A stretch of 64,000 nt of DNA from assembly GCA_051294905.1 (NCBI GenBank), contig CM119371.1:2108001-2172000 (forward strand). Direction: 5' to 3'. The position numbers and the translations under genes were made by a program. Each line of letters starts with the position of its first letter. The first letter of the stretch is position 1. The notes beneath the pieces were generated by a model that was given only the letters and a program-made list of their open reading frames with translations, did no database searches and was not told the origin of the DNA. This stretch comes from Botryllus schlosseri. Taxonomy: Eukaryota. Shown here in pieces: positions 13,197 through 27,330 of this stretch.

Positions 13197-16100
13197 CTGC
13201 AGAAAAATAAAATTATTGTAACTTTTATCAAGTATTGCGCAAAATTTAAAGAAGTAGCTATAAAACTATTGCTGGTATGGTTCTCTTTCGGTTCAGTTTG
13301 TTAGCAATTTTAATCAGTTCAATACACCAAGAAATTGCAATACAATGAAAACATAGGAACGGGGCCTACAATACTCACCCGATAGAAAGGTGTCGAAACC
13401 AATTGGAGTAATCTTTGGAATCAGACACCCACCTCACCTTGGCCTAGGTCAGGGCTGGCCTACCCTTTCGGCTAAAGGGCCACATGCGATTTACTAAGCA
13501 TTGCCCAGGCCACTTGGATGTCGATGTTATTTTAGTCGTGTGATAACAGCGAACCGGATTAGGAAAAGGTAAAAAGGAATTATATTACTATAAACAACAA
13601 AAACACGTATGTCACGAAAATTCTGTGTAGGTACATGTCGTAGCCGCGCGAAGCGCGAATTTTCTCAAAAGGAATGAAACATAGGTCAATAAAATAATGT
13701 TAGTTGCATATATTGGGGTGGGTCGTTCCTGTATAGGCTACTGCTGGGCTCATTTGGCCAGGACATGATCAATCAGCACTTGGGCATATCAATATCGAAG
13801 GTTTGCGTGAACATGCGTCTATCACTTAGTGCAAAGTTTCATCGCCAACGATCTTTCCGCGAGCGCAGACGCCCATCAGTCGCACGTCGGACCACACATT
13901 CTCGCATAATTGCCGATATAGTTACACTCAATTCCGTAAATTAGGCGGATTTTGGATTTCCATGAGAAGGCAACAATACTAAAAGCAATAAATCACACGA
14001 AGTGCTGAAAAATATTAAGTCAAATAATCTAATAAATCTGAAATATTCTAGTTTATGGTCATATACGAAGATCTACGAAAATGTGGATGACCCCTGGCTA
14101 CGCCGACACGTCGGAACTGATATTTTAGTCATGAACGCCCCAATGTCCACGGTCAGGCTAATCATATTTTCGATTGCACTTGCAAGTTCACAATAAATTA
14201 CCTGGCGAATATATTTTTTAGATTATAAGTAATTTTAAGAATTGCCTCGCGGCCCTCAAAACCTTCTCGCGGGTCACGGGTTGGCCAGCCCTGGCCTAGG
14301 CGATGTAAAGAGGAGACATGTACACTGAATGAGAAGTAAAACTAGTACAGAAAAAAGGCAAGCGGAAAAATGGAGTGGCATTTCACTCAAAACGAGATCG
14401 ATAGTCAGTAACAGTATCAGTATCAGTTCTGCTCGATTTTCTCAACAATAGGCCTAACCTATGTGATGGATTAGCAGCATCCTAATGATATCTATGGCGC
14501 AACGGTTTGCAAACAAGAAGTTTAAAAACCACATCCAAAGACGACAGTGCCTGATCTCTCTCTATATATATATAATATATCGCTTGATTTATTCACTTTC
14601 GTTTCAATCTGACGTAATTCACTCCGGACGCTCAAGCGAGACCGCTGACAATAAAAATTTTAATGGGTTACCTTTTCAGGCTACTGATTTTGTTAAAGTC
14701 GTGAACACTGCGTTTTGCTGCAATGCCTTGGGTCAAGTTTGCATATCTAGGGGGTTTCAAATGCGTGGTACTTTACTTGTTTTATGGATGTGCATGGATT
14801 TTCGCGGAAAATTACTTCCCCGGGTTGCGTTACTTTCTTGCTGCGTACCGGCAAAACATCTAAGTTTCAGCGGTTATGCCAGGCCGTTCGTGAAATAAGA
14901 AAGTACCATATTGGACAGCTCTCCGCGCATGAGGGGACAGAGGAATGCTGTCAAGTAGTTTCAAACCGAAAGAACATAAAATGGTATACATGATTGATTG
15001 AATAACGAAGAAAGAAGCTAAAAAACAGACACCCTGCAAATCTTAAACTTTTCGAGTATCTAATACCCTAATATATCAATAAATTATAGATGCAAATCTT
15101 TACTGCAACTTTCCAAATGCAACAAAAACTTTCCATAGTAATAATTAAACTTTATTATGTAGAGAGTATAGGGGTTCTCAATCGTTGGGCCATGGCCCAA
15201 TGGTGGGCTACATGAGTAATGTGAGGTCTATTTGGAAAATTGGAAAATTAGTTAAAGTTTCGTTATAATTTTTATCTTTTTATTATCGAATTATACGTCG
15301 GCTATTTTCCCATACAAGTCGAAGATGGGAGGGGAAACAGCGGATTTTGTCCCCTGGATATGACAACCTACGGCCAAAAGCAACGGCAATAATTTCGATT
15401 ATATAATAACTAGAAGTTATTGCTGTACAAGCAACCAAGTATTCCGGCACTGTCATACGTCGTATGCCATTCAAAAGGATTAAAATTAAACTCGGACTGA
15501 AATGCATTTGACGTAGATTTATGGTATCTTTGATTGGTGGATCATCCGATAACTATCCACGAAAAACTCACATAACTCCGCTTATACTAGTCGGAATTGA
15601 GTCAAATATGTTTTGCATCGGTTGGCAGAAAAATTTGAATTTTTTTTTCTTGAATTTTTTCCAATAAATGAAAAATTTCAATTGGATTTGCGGAGGGAGT
15701 CCTATACTTGTTAGAATTGAACCAAATTTGGTGTGCAGCGTTTTTTTTAGGGTAGCCTGGCAATTTAATAAGTGAATGCCTGGAATCCGGAAAAAAGGGT
15801 ATTTTTGAACAGCCCTATTATGCAATTAACGGCATTGTATCTAAACGACAGTAGCCTAGATAGCAGACAAAGCTTACGAGGCCAGCGACACAACATTTCG
15901 AGCACGAGGCCTATTACAGATGCGATTACTGAGGCCAACGGTTATGTCGTGCGCACCAGGTCGGTTGGAGATGCGACTGATTACGCAAGGGATTGCATCT
16001 TCCGCACAGGGCCTGTTGAAGATGCGATTGTTAAGGCATGTCGCTGACGCGACGAATTAGCGAGGATTGCCGCACACGCGTGCAGCAATGTCGTGCTCAA

Positions 16101-16480
16101 TGATGTAGTTTCGCTCGCGTACAAACGGCAAACCAACTCAGCAGGAGACCGAGTGCTGTGCTGCTCGGTAATTAGCAACACGCTTCTCGCTAATTGGCAG
16201 CGCGTTACACTGATAACACGAATTACTGGGCACGATGGCTGAAAGTGATGCGTGATTGGAAACAAACACAAAGAAAGGTGTGATTTCAAGTTTTTATAGA
16301 GGGAGATTTTTACAAGGCTTGTTGTACCCATGTATAATAAGCACCCCCTATGTTAGGGTGAAAATCGGTAAAATTTTGCGCATCAAGTCAGTAAGCATAA
16401 AGAAATAATCATTGGTATAGCAGCTATTGATGATATCAGTATAGCTTACAGCAGCTGTGTAGATCCGTGACAATACCTGC

Positions 16481-17420
16481 CAGTGTAGGGATCAATTCAA
16501 TAGCTTCGAGTCACAAGTAATTTTGAGTCATTGCACATTTTGACTCGAGTCAAGTCAAGTCAAGCGATTTTCGAAGGTGGCTCGAGTCAAGTCACGTCAG
16601 TCGATTTTTGGAGGTGACTCGAGTCAAGTCAAGTGAGGTCACGAGTCAAATCACAATTCAAGTCAAGTTTCCTTTTCGATGTAGGATGCATGATTACGTT
16701 ATTGCATTTTGCTAGCTGTCTGAAATACAGATTGAGTGGTGATTGATTTTGAATTGAACCGATGAACGAATATAGAGTTAAATATACATGCAATAAGGCG
16801 CTGTATCGCTCACATATACGTATAACTGCTAAACTACGTAAGCAACTGCATAGGCTCAGTTTATAGTTTCCAGCCAAAATAGACAATAGAGAAACGAATT
16901 GATAAGATGCAATACATTACCTATTAGAATATGGATATGATACAATTCGAACCTGCGCCAATTGTTGTGGACTATATAAACTAGATTCGAATTCAATTTC
17001 ATTAAAATAAAAGCTTTGATTAGGGTAAGAACAGAAAACAGAAATAGGCATTTCGCTAATAAATTACTTCACTATACCATTTTACGACAACGTCAACTGT
17101 AAGCTTCGATCACCTCGTTTGCTGTCGATTTATTTTAGCAATTGAGGCTCAGTAAAACGCACAATCATTGAGTGATTGGTCGCTCTCACAGATTACACCA
17201 GCGTTTTGTGAACAATTCGAACATATGCAAGATACCGTGATTTTTGTCGACACCGATTACTCATTACTCGATGACTTGAAATTGACTCGTGAATTCTGCT
17301 CCGAGTCACGAGTCAATCCAGATTTTCGATACGCCGAGTCAAGTCAAGTCAGTCATTTTAGCAAATATCTCGATTCAAGACAAGTCCTACGAGAAAGGTG
17401 ACTCGAGCCATCGAACACTG
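16481..17420. mobile_element. hAT-type MITE with GACTCGAGTC subterminal repeats
   Basis: Ends CAGTGT/ACACTG, perfect TSD ATACCTGC. Confidence 0.88.
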
Positions 17421-17559
17421 ATACCTGCTCATCATGCCATATAATGTGGTCGTACGGATTCATAAAATTACACAACACATTCATTAAGCTGCGTTCGATT
17501 TATATTCAATAAATCCTTTGTCCAAATACCGGTGAATGCCTCAACAAATCGACTTTTAG

Positions 17560-18231
17560 GGCGGAGATAATGAAGTTGGATTAGCAATAAAGTCGATTAG
17601 CCCCTTCGTCAGGATTTATCAACCCAGGATTAAGGAAACCGTTTGATCGCAGCGCATAAAGTTAGTGTTAATCTCTTCATTTAACTAACTGGAACAAACT
17701 ATAGATTACTAGTTAGAAACTAGGTAGCCTACACTGCGTAACATTCCTACGCCCAATTATTTCCGGCAATTCCGAATGTCTCCTTCTCCTAGCCTGGGTA
17801 ATGGATTCACCATGTTAACATTATATCTATAGATTCACTAAACAATCAACGAATTATGAAGGCCTAACCACCATTGCAGCGCGATATCCGTTTCTTAGCT
17901 GTACCGAATAGGACACGACATTCATTTAGCGATGAAGGATTGTGGAATCTATATAGTTTTATAGTTTCTATAGTTTTTATAGTTTATATAGTTTCGCATT
18001 ATAATGCAACAGTTAACGCCACTTGATCGAAAACTCTGGAGACCTCGACTAACCATCGCGCGAAACCTTCTTCAACTTTATGCGACGCCATTAGAAGTAT
18101 TTGATCACACGATTAGCATTCTTCCGGATCTGCAAACTTTATCATCTCCGCCTAAAATGGGTCCCAATCAACAGTTTTCTTATCACAAGATTAGCATTCT
18201 CCCAGATCAGTCAACTTTATTATCTCCGCCC
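17560..18231. mobile_element. Putative MITE with GGCGGAGATAAT(A/G)AAGTTG ends (Sola-like?)
   Basis: About 22-bp inverted ends, right end duplicated at 78-nt spacing, approximate 4-bp TTAG flanks. Confidence 0.35.
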
Positions 18232-18968
18232 TTAGTGCGTTATAATAATTATGGGCTACTCGTCAGTGAATTCTTGGAAGTTACTGATATTGGTAATCCT
18301 CGATTAAACTCAAACGACGAACCAGATATCAGCATCACTCTATGTAGCTCAAAACCTGCGATGTTCCTTCTTCCTTCCCATTCTAATCCAGGCTACGAGT
18401 TTAAAATTTATGAGGCATATTTATCTATCGCCCTCTCCTGCCTCATATCACTATTCCCCCGAAACATTTTGTTATATCCTAGCTGTTGTTGAAAGAAGCT
18501 TCCGACCCCGGCGGTAGATCAGTCTCCTCCACTGCAAAACCATTTCTTCGTATATTTTTCTAAAGAAACTGCTATAAGCAGGTTGTTGCTGTTGTTGTTG
18601 CCGGTACGGTACTCTCGAGTTATTGCATTATGACGTAACTCAGTTCACCGGGGGTTTAACCTTAGGTCACGGAAAAGTGATGCGGCGACCGTTCATTGCG
18701 CATGAATCACTTAGTTCAGGGGCGGGCAACTTCTCCAGTCGGCGGGCCGGATATAGGAAAATTAAGTACTTGGCGGGCCGGATTGCGGAATCGACACATT
18801 ATTCGCCCATTTATCCAAATACACAATGAATAAATCGTATATAATGAATGTATTTTAACGACAGTAATGTCACTTCAAAGCAATTTCTCGCCGATAATGA
18901 CGAGAATATAATGTGGATTTGAGAACAGCATTATCATACAGGCGCCGCCATGTCTGCTTCTCTCTGAT

Positions 18969-19625
18969 CATAGTGTCCTATATGGTATGGGCACAAGAAA
19001 ATCTCACGACGCAGTGAAATTGGTCTACGTCAAACTTTCCATATGGTCAAAGGCAATTTGACGGTAGTTGTTGACCGACTTGCCGAGCATTAAATTTGAT
19101 AAAACGGGTATCAATCGAAAGCTACCGCGGTGCTGGTTGCGAAAAGATAAATTCTATTTTGCTCGAGGTTCTGGAACCCCCAAAATCAGCCTTGAATGTT
19201 GTATTGTAACGGAGTTTGGTATTGTGACGCAGCCATGCCGTCTGAGCAGCTCAGGAGCAAGCGCGCACGAGAGTAAGAGTGTGAATGCTCAATCGGTTGC
19301 TCAACAATGGCCAATACGATTGCGGTTAACTCTGCTCTTCACCTGCTCCCAGACGGCATGGTTGCGTCACAATACCAAACTCCGTTACAATGCAACATTC
19401 GAAGCTGATTTTGGGGGTTCCAGGACCACGAGCAGAATAGCATATATATTTTCGCAATTAGTACCGCGGCAGCTTTCGATTAATAACCGTTTTATCAATT
19501 TTAATGCTTGGCAAGCCGGTCAAAAATTACCACCAAATTGCCTTTGACCAAGGGGAAAGTGTGACGTAGACCTATTTCACTGAGCCGTGAGATTTGCTTG
19601 TGAACACACCTTATAGGACACTATG
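18969..19625. mobile_element. Near-palindromic MITE with about 285-bp arms and 2-bp TSD
   Basis: CATAGTGTCCTATA...TATAGGACACTATG, arms complementary along their length, flanked by AT/AT. Confidence 0.88.
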
Positions 19626-20731
19626 ATGTGCTCAATCAACTCACGGCGCAATCCCAAATTATTATTTCAAGGTGTTCAATAAGCCCGGTACCCCAAATTT
19701 ACCAATATAACAATTCATTAGGGCAGAGTAGGTGATGAGATAGCGTCGTTGTTCATCTGTGTGGACTATTTTATCTCGATATTAAATTCATGCGGACCAC
19801 GGCATCTACGAAATTTGAAAAGTGGCCCGCGACCCGTTTTGAGTTGGCGTCCCTGGCATAAGCGGTGTCTTACAAAAGCCTACATTGTGCCGTGCGGTTA
19901 CGGAATCAAAAATTATAAATTATAAATGACCATTGTAGTCTACCAACACCATGATTACCACAAAAGATATTAGGGTTGAGTACATCGTAAATGCCGATAA
20001 TCCAAGTCTTCTCGCTTCGACGAACTTACGTGCCAGCTCCACTCGCATGCTACGCATACAAATAACATACAGTCACTAAAATTTGAGGAAGTAAGCATAT
20101 AGCGGGGTATCTCGGCAGACTGTAGCCGCGGGCCACATTATCATATAAGACGGAAAACTGTCCGCGGGCCGGACAAAATCCCTTCGCGGGCCGGATCCGG
20201 CCCGAGGGCCGTATCTTGCCCACCCCTGACTTAGTTTGTATATCAAACTCTATGCCAGGGCCGGCAACCCGTGGCCCGCGAGGTTACTTCCGAAATTTAT
20301 AATATCATCCAAAATGGATTGCACAGATTGTGAACTTGCAAGGTCAACCAAAAATCTGATTATTCTGGCCGCAGCACTTGAGATGAAATATCTGAATAGC
20401 TGAAATATCAGTTCCGACGCATTGGCAGATCCATCAGCCAGTCACATATTGGTATATCTTCGTACACTACAATAAAGCAGAATAATTTGCGATAGATTTA
20501 TCAAAAGTAAAAATTTTCTACAAGCTTAGTAGCGCAACATGTTTTCACTCGATTTCTTGTTTTTAATATTGTTGCCCCTTTGTGAAAATGAAAGGACGCC
20601 TAATGTATCAGATTAAGTCTAACTATATTCGCGATTACGAGACAAAGTGTCGTTCAACGTATGCGGCCTTGCGTTTGCGCTCGCAGTAAGACCGTCGACT
20701 AGGAAACCTAGGCACAAAATGATTGACGCAT

Positions 20732-20933
20732 TTCCTTTACCCAAGTGTTGGAGGTTTAACTAGCCTCCTCCTCGCCACCTCATCCGCGTAAGCGGTGTCT
20801 TACAAAAAGCCTAGAAGTGGGCCGTGCTATAAGTCCTCAGTTACGGAATATAAATGAAGAATATCGGCCTGGTGTTGATTAGATGACCATAGTAGTCGAC
20901 AAACACCATGAATACCTCAAAACCAACCAACCA
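20732..20933 (+). mobile_element. 5'-truncated SINE copy with (CCAA)n tail
   Basis: TSD ATTGACGCAT at 20722-20731 and 20934-20943. The uninterrupted host repeat is at about 48825-49430. Confidence 0.88.
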
Positions 20934-21287
20934 ATTGACGCATGTTGGTCGCAGCTTTCGATATCGATATGTCCTGGCGCCGAATATCCCAGTCCTCGCA
21001 AATTTAGCCCAGCGAAATACAGCAGGCCCGCAATATAGTCAAGTGACAATATTATTGACCTATGAACTTCAAATAATTTTCGCGCATGGCGCGGCTAGTG
21101 GCCCGCGTATTAGTTTGTCAATCGAATGTGGCCCTTTGGCTGAAAAGGTTGGCCAGCCCTGCTCTATGCAGATCATTTGGGCGGAATAAGGAATCAAAAG
21201 GCGAAATTGAATGCTGCTACGCGGCACATACATCGGGTGCGACTGCCAATTGAACCACTTAATAGTTCGTCTGTCACCGATCATAGA

Positions 21288-22386
21288 CAGGGCATGACAT
21301 GGTATGGTATGGTATGGATTATGGAATGAAATTTCAGTATGGAATATGGAAGAGTGCAAGTATGGTATGGAATGGAAATTTCCTAATTATGGTATGGAAT
21401 GTTCTTTCCATACTTCCATACTTTTCGATACTTAAGCAGTTTTGCCGGAATCAAACATATATACAGCTTCAATTCAAACATATATATTATAGCTTGTCTT
21501 GGAGCGACGTTACGATATGGCGACCTGCAACACGCATTAAACTTCATGAAGTATGGTTGTCTATGATAAAAGAATAGACTCCCTAATCTTGGCTAACGAA
21601 TCTAATGTGTGGACCTGACCCACAAATTGGCGGGAAAAATTGACATTTGATCCGCTGCACCATAATTATTGTAGTGATGTAAATTTATATTCTAAGATAT
21701 TCTAATGCGGTGGTTTCGAACCGGTGAATAATTTTAGGGGTTCCTGGTCGGGTATAGACTCACTTGTAAAAAATATTTACCTTATTAACCTCATTTATTA
21801 AACGTTAGAACGATCGTATCTCTAATATTTATAGGCTTATTAGCTCATTTGCAATTCAGCGATTCGTAATTTCACTTATCAGTGTCTCCAATTAGTGGGA
21901 ATCGACTGGACGTGGACTGGTTGCATGCAAAATGGTGAGACTGAAATCACCCGATTCGTTATAATAAGAGTTCATATGTATATGAATATTGAATATGTAT
22001 TTAGGGAGATCGCGGACTGCCTAATTGATAGCATAGCCGGACTCGTGTGTAGGCCTATATATTATACGTTTCGTCTTCGATGATTAGGCAACATACATTG
22101 CTGACGACATATGATGATAAGGAACTGCGAATATCATTGGTGCATCAGCGCTGTTTAAATGGGTGTTTTCATCCAAAATAATTAGAATAATAACGCTGTA
22201 AAATTTCCACGTACCAAAAATAGAATATCACTTGAGAGGTTGGGCAAGTCGCGAAAGTATGTAAAAAGTATCGAATATGGTATGGAAGAATGTTGCTATG
22301 GTATGGAAAATTGTCAAGTATGGTATGGAACGATTGGGCGGGTATGGAGTATGGAAAATTCCCATTCCATACCATACCATGCCCTG
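21288..22386. mobile_element. hAT-type MITE with (ATGGT)n subterminal repeats
   Basis: TIR CAGGGCATG/CATGCCCTG, TSD ATCATAGA/ATCATATA. Confidence 0.82.
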
Positions 22387-22549
22387 ATCATATAAGAGTC
22401 AAGTCGAGTCATTTTCAATTCACCACCGAGTCAACTCTGATTCCAAGTCATTGTGTTGGCTTCTAATTTTCTAGTTATAGACTAGTTACACCCACTTTTT
22501 ATAACTCTGGTGATATGGAATAGTTTTCACTTATAATATAACCTAGGCC

Positions 22550-22910
22550 AGGTGCACCAACACGCGGCCCGCGGGCCGCATGCGGCTCGTCAGGTCATAT
22601 TTAGCGGCCCGCGACATGATTTGAGATTTCGGAAGAAAGCTAAAAAACATTTTGAAATGCAGAAATTAGCGTGCAATGGCCCAAACACTGCCAATACCGA
22701 GACGCTTAGAAAACGGGTTAGGGCAATGGCTGCGAAACTGAGGGTGCGACCGCCTATGGGGGCGTGAAAGCATGCTGAAGGGGTGCGGAGCTGCGTTCAA
22801 TTGAATTTTATTTCGCGCTTGGCGCGATTTGCTTCGATTTCATAGTTATAGTTATTACTTTTTAAGTATAATCCGGAATTCATATCATAGAATTCTCTCA
22901 TCAACATTCA
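22550..22910. repeat. Charlie-like (GGCCCGCG-rich) MITE, with a direct copy at about 25045-25360. Many related fragments (about 300, 19790, 20120, 32910, 33120, 34213, 53360, 54070)
   Basis: CAGGGG/CCCCTG-type ends, GGCCCGCGGGCC cores and direct sequence match between copies. Confidence 0.75.
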
Positions 22911-23004
22911 TAACCTTCACTGTAAATCTAAAAGGTGGAGATTTCCTCCATTAGAAGTGGTTCACCATTTTGACCATTTCTGGTGGAATGCAACTCCACC
23001 CCCC

Positions 23005-23125
23005 ATCATGGTGGAAATACTTTCCACCCTATATGGGGCCATACCCTCCTCCCTATATGAGGATTACCTTCCACCCTATATGGAGGAATACCCTCTACCC
23101 TATATGGGGGACATACCTTCCACCC
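23005..23125. repeat. About 23-bp tandem minisatellite (TCCACCCTATATGG core, 4 units)
   Basis: Repeated CCCTATATG units are directly visible. Confidence 0.8.
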
Positions 23126-23249
23126 CAACCTATCTGTCAGCTGCCACACATCTTTGCTTTATGCAATACTGCAGAATACAAATCCAATTAAAACATACAA
23201 GCATGGCATTTCATACGTTTTATTATGCGTATTCAAACAGTCATTACTA

Positions 23250-23491
23250 TAGGGTTACCATATTACAGAATCGAAAAAGGAGGACAATTTTACCAATTCA
23301 GGAAAGTTAGTTGATCAAGACTGACAGCCGATTTTGCTATTTTTTGCTGGAAAACTTTTGGTGTTAAATGAAAGCGACGAGTCCAAAATTACCATATTTT
23401 TACTTAAATTTAGTCGTGTTGACTAAAATAAAAAGTCGGCACTGACAATCGACTTCGAATGACCCGCTTGAGCCTCCGTATGGTAACCCTA
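23250..23491. mobile_element. MITE with TAGGGTTACCATA ends
   Basis: TIR TAGGGTTACCATA/TATGGTAACCCTA, degenerate 8-bp TSD CATTACTA/CATACCTA. Another end at about 52027. Confidence 0.72.
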
Positions 23492-23539
23492 CATACCTAT
23501 GATGACAGTTCCATTGTTTATGGCAACATATTAGTAGCC

Positions 23540-26500
23540 CTCACAACAAGATTTGTCAGCTCTTTAGCAGGTATGACGAAAGGCACGTGAGAGTGTGCTT
23601 GATATTCTTCTGAAATTGTTCAATATCCAATGAGCTGCGATCAGAAGAGCAAGTGTTTCATCAAAACTTTCAATGTTTTTTGAGAAGACGATTCCATCCA
23701 AGTGCAGGCTCCATTGCGAATTGTAGACCATCGTTGGATATGGAGAGATAGAAACCTGAAAGATATATTATATTACTATGAAATCTTCGGACTTCAGATC
23801 ATTATGATATCGAGATAGGCTTAGCACATAGGACAATTTATATTACCACTGCTCAAGTTATAAACATGAATTTGTGTCACAAAATGTTGCTCATTTGATT
23901 TATGCTTTTAAAAATATCTTGTCACCAGTCTGTCTGCTGCAATGAAGTATATTTCAATCTCATGAGCCCCAATCCATTACTTAAGCTATGCGCGACGCCT
24001 GTACCAGGTCTACTGAAGCTTGCCACTTTCTATCGCTAGAAGTTGTAATGGCATGTAAGAAATATGGATTGACTTGATTTTGAAACACTGGTTTACCATT
24101 ATGGTCATTTACAACAGGCCGGTGTTCCTTATTTTTTAATCCGTGTTTGCTGACTTGTAGCACGGCTCACTTCTAGGATTCTTGTAAGACACCGACGAGG
24201 CGAGGTAGAAACCAGACTTGTACAAACTACTGAATTTTCAAAATCAGTAACTAGAACTACAACTACTGAATTTTCAAAATCACTAACTTGAGCTACAACT
24301 ACCAAATTTTCATTATCAGCAACTAACTACAACTACTGAATTTTCAAAATCCGCAACTAGAACTACAACCACTGAATTTTTAAAATCAGCAATTAGAACT
24401 ACAACCAATCGAAAAAACGTTAGCTAGCTGACCATCGACTAACCAACTGTTTAGTTTTAACAATGTATATTATACACCATCTATCTACGAACAGCTTACC
24501 TCTCCAATATGAAGAAAATTGTCGTATCCTTCTCCAAAAATGGTTGGTATACCAGCACGCCAATCCAACACTCCATCACCTATAAAGCAGACACAGGTTA
24601 TTAGAACTATCGATGATCACTTCTAGCATTCCAATATTTATTTTGAACGCGTGTAATTTTCGGAAATGAATCCGACGGTAACTGGCTGGTACGAGACTAT
24701 GTTATTGTGAAAGCCACGATTATTGGTGCGGCGCAAGTCAAACAAGCTTCTACAATTGCATCTCAACGGCAGAAGTTAGAGAGCCACTGCACTTGAATTA
24801 ATTCGAAAAAAGTTGTTAGCGGAAAATTTGCAATGCCACACAATTTCATGAAATAATATTCTCACCTAGTAATCCTTGTATAGTCTCGGGAACTTTAGGC
24901 CACTTCATTTTGGCCTGAGCTATATTGTACCGGCTCTGTGTTGTGCACTTCCCATCAAGGTTTCAGCCTCTTTCAACATCTTAATATACATAAGATATGA
25001 TACACCCGTGGCAAAGACAATTTATACTATAGACCAAATGTCACCGCGGCCCGCGACTTGATTTGAGATTTCGGAAGAAAGCTAAGAAAACATTTTAAAA
25101 TGCTGAAATTGGCGTGTAATGGCCGAAACACTGACAAGACCGAGGCGCATAGAAAACAGGTTAGGGCAATGGTTCTGAAAGTGGGGGCGCGTCCTCTAGT
25201 GGGGGCTTTAAAGCATTTGAAGGGGCGCGGAGCTGCGGTCAACTGAATTTTTTTTCGCGCACTGCGCGATTTACCTCGATTTCATAGCTATAGTTATTGC
25301 TCTGTGTATAGTCCCGAATTCATATTATAGAATTCTCTCATCAACATTCATAACCATCCACGCCGTTAAACTATCCGATTGCTAACAGTATGGGTACATT
25401 TTGTGATATGACGATAAGGGCGGGCGAAATATTTCAGTGTCATAAAGGTTTGAGAACCACTGGCTTAGGGTTTCCCCACAAGATCAGCGTTCCCAGGTAA
25501 CGTGCACAGCTCAGAGTTCAAAATAAAATGAAATTGATGAGAGTGATGTTTTGTTGTATTTTTATTCCTTCATTAAAATATTACTTCTTTTGTGGTCACT
25601 ATGTCCATCGCCTATGTTAGGTAGCACAGGGTTGTACTGACGTAGAGTTTTAAGTCGTGGTTGCCTACTTTATATCGATTTTGGATTCATGCGGCCCGCG
25701 GCCGCTACGAAATTTGATAAGTGGCCCGCGACCCGTTTTGAGTTGGCGACCCCTGCTATAGACTATTGTACATCCTGAAAAATTAGAGTTCAACTAGCTC
25801 ATCTTAAAACCAGGATATAAATTAACTGGACTTACAACCCTGGCTCTTTTGCATCTAGAGCTGCTGGCTCCTTCTTCCTCAATCACATTCTTTCGTTTTG
25901 TACCATGCTTCTGCTCCATCTGATTCACCAATTCAGCTTCCAAATGTCTTCGATAGTCCTTGAACTTCTGCCTCAAGGCAATATGCCACGAGCCCTGAAG
26001 AAATTGCAAATATTGTTGGACTCAACTCTGCAGAGAGTACTATTACTAAAAGCAAGGAAAAACCTCTAAACAGTCCACAAAGTCTAAAAATCGGCATTTT
26101 TTCAACAATGGCAGCGCCACGACACAATGAACATAACAATGGGTGGTTTGAGGTGGTTCTATTGCATTGACTTGATAAGCGATTTTTGGGTGACTCGACT
26201 TGAATCTAGTCTTTTTTTTTCAAATATGTTAAATGACTCGACTCGAATCAATTTTTCATTGCATCTACGAAGAATAGTTATTTCGAGTACGAGTCCTGAT
26301 ACTTGGCAAAATAGGGCCAGAAACTGTTAAGACTGAGGAAAATTACTGTATTCTGGATGCGAGCCAACTACACAAGCAGAATTGATAAAATGTGGATTGA
26401 GCTATACATGTCATTTTAAGGGTGTGTATCATACATGGGGGCGCACTATATTCGGAAAATTACGGTATTAGTCCGGAATTCACCGGTAACGGGCAAGGAC

Positions 26501-27330
26501 AGTATACTATGGATATCTGGCGTCCACATAGCGTATTATGACTATGACCATTGCCCACGACTGAAGTTACATGCAGCTTACCTAGCTGGAATTTTCTTCA
26601 TTATTGTCTTTCAAAACTGGAGAGTTTTTTTAATAATGCCAAGCATACTTCTCGATACTGATGCGCAGTGGGGTACCTGTTAGATAGATCCGCATATAGT
26701 TACCTGATATCTATATAAACTAACGAAATGCATGCACGAGTTTCAAAACAAAATAGGATGGATGAATTGAATGGAATTATACTTACAAAGTATATCGCAA
26801 AGGATCTTGAAAGATAATTGTCTTGATCTCTTCTCTCAGTCTTTATGGAATTACAATATTGCCAGCGCTCCCATGCACCAAGTATTGACGAAAAGCTGGG
26901 ATGTCGTAGACCACAGGCCATAGTTGTTATGAACGTGAAAGTGATGATTCAACTGGATCATCCGTCATAATAGATTCAGATAAAACCAGTAATGATTCAA
27001 CTGAATCATCCATTACATTACGTTCAGATGAATCCACAGTTAGGGAGTCGCTAGTGATGCTGCTGTCGCAAACGCTTGGTACATTTTCTAGGAAAATTAC
27101 GTATAGAGGTGAAGAAATTGATAATTGAAGCCAAGCCTAAACTTACCGGTAACAGGAACTCTAATCCGATCATTGCCTTTTACATCAGCATCAGACAGAA
27201 ATCAGTAAACTCCTTATCATAACACTCAATATTCAAGAATTCCGGCGCCAAATCAAATTTTAGTGCAGCAGATGATGGTATATCTTCTATTGTGCACGCA
27301 GTAATGATCTTGTTGTCGGTATTGAATGTA
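23540..27330 (-). pseudogene. Decayed multi-exon SAMD3-like gene nested in the NLR intron (possibly a transposon accessory gene)
   Basis: Exons about 27147-27330 (IECYDKEFTDF), 25836-25994 (GSWHIALRQKFKDYRR), 24866-24979 (AKMKWPKVP), 24500-24579 (GIPTIFGEGYDNF) and 23540-23755 (PYPTMV...LDG...FDETLALLIAAHWILN). GT/AG sites are present and phases match across the last three exons. Frameshifts in at least three exons. Family assignment is from motif recall. Confidence 0.55.

Noticed and set aside
18004-18492. 162-aa ORF with repeated ISILPD...SPP
   Set aside because: The peptide repeat arises from a 78-nt duplication of a putative transposon end. No domain or splice evidence.
19068-19547. 159-aa ORF
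   Set aside because: Lies wholly inside the palindromic MITE.
22957-23310. Pro/Tyr-rich ORFs
   Set aside because: Translation of a 23-bp minisatellite.
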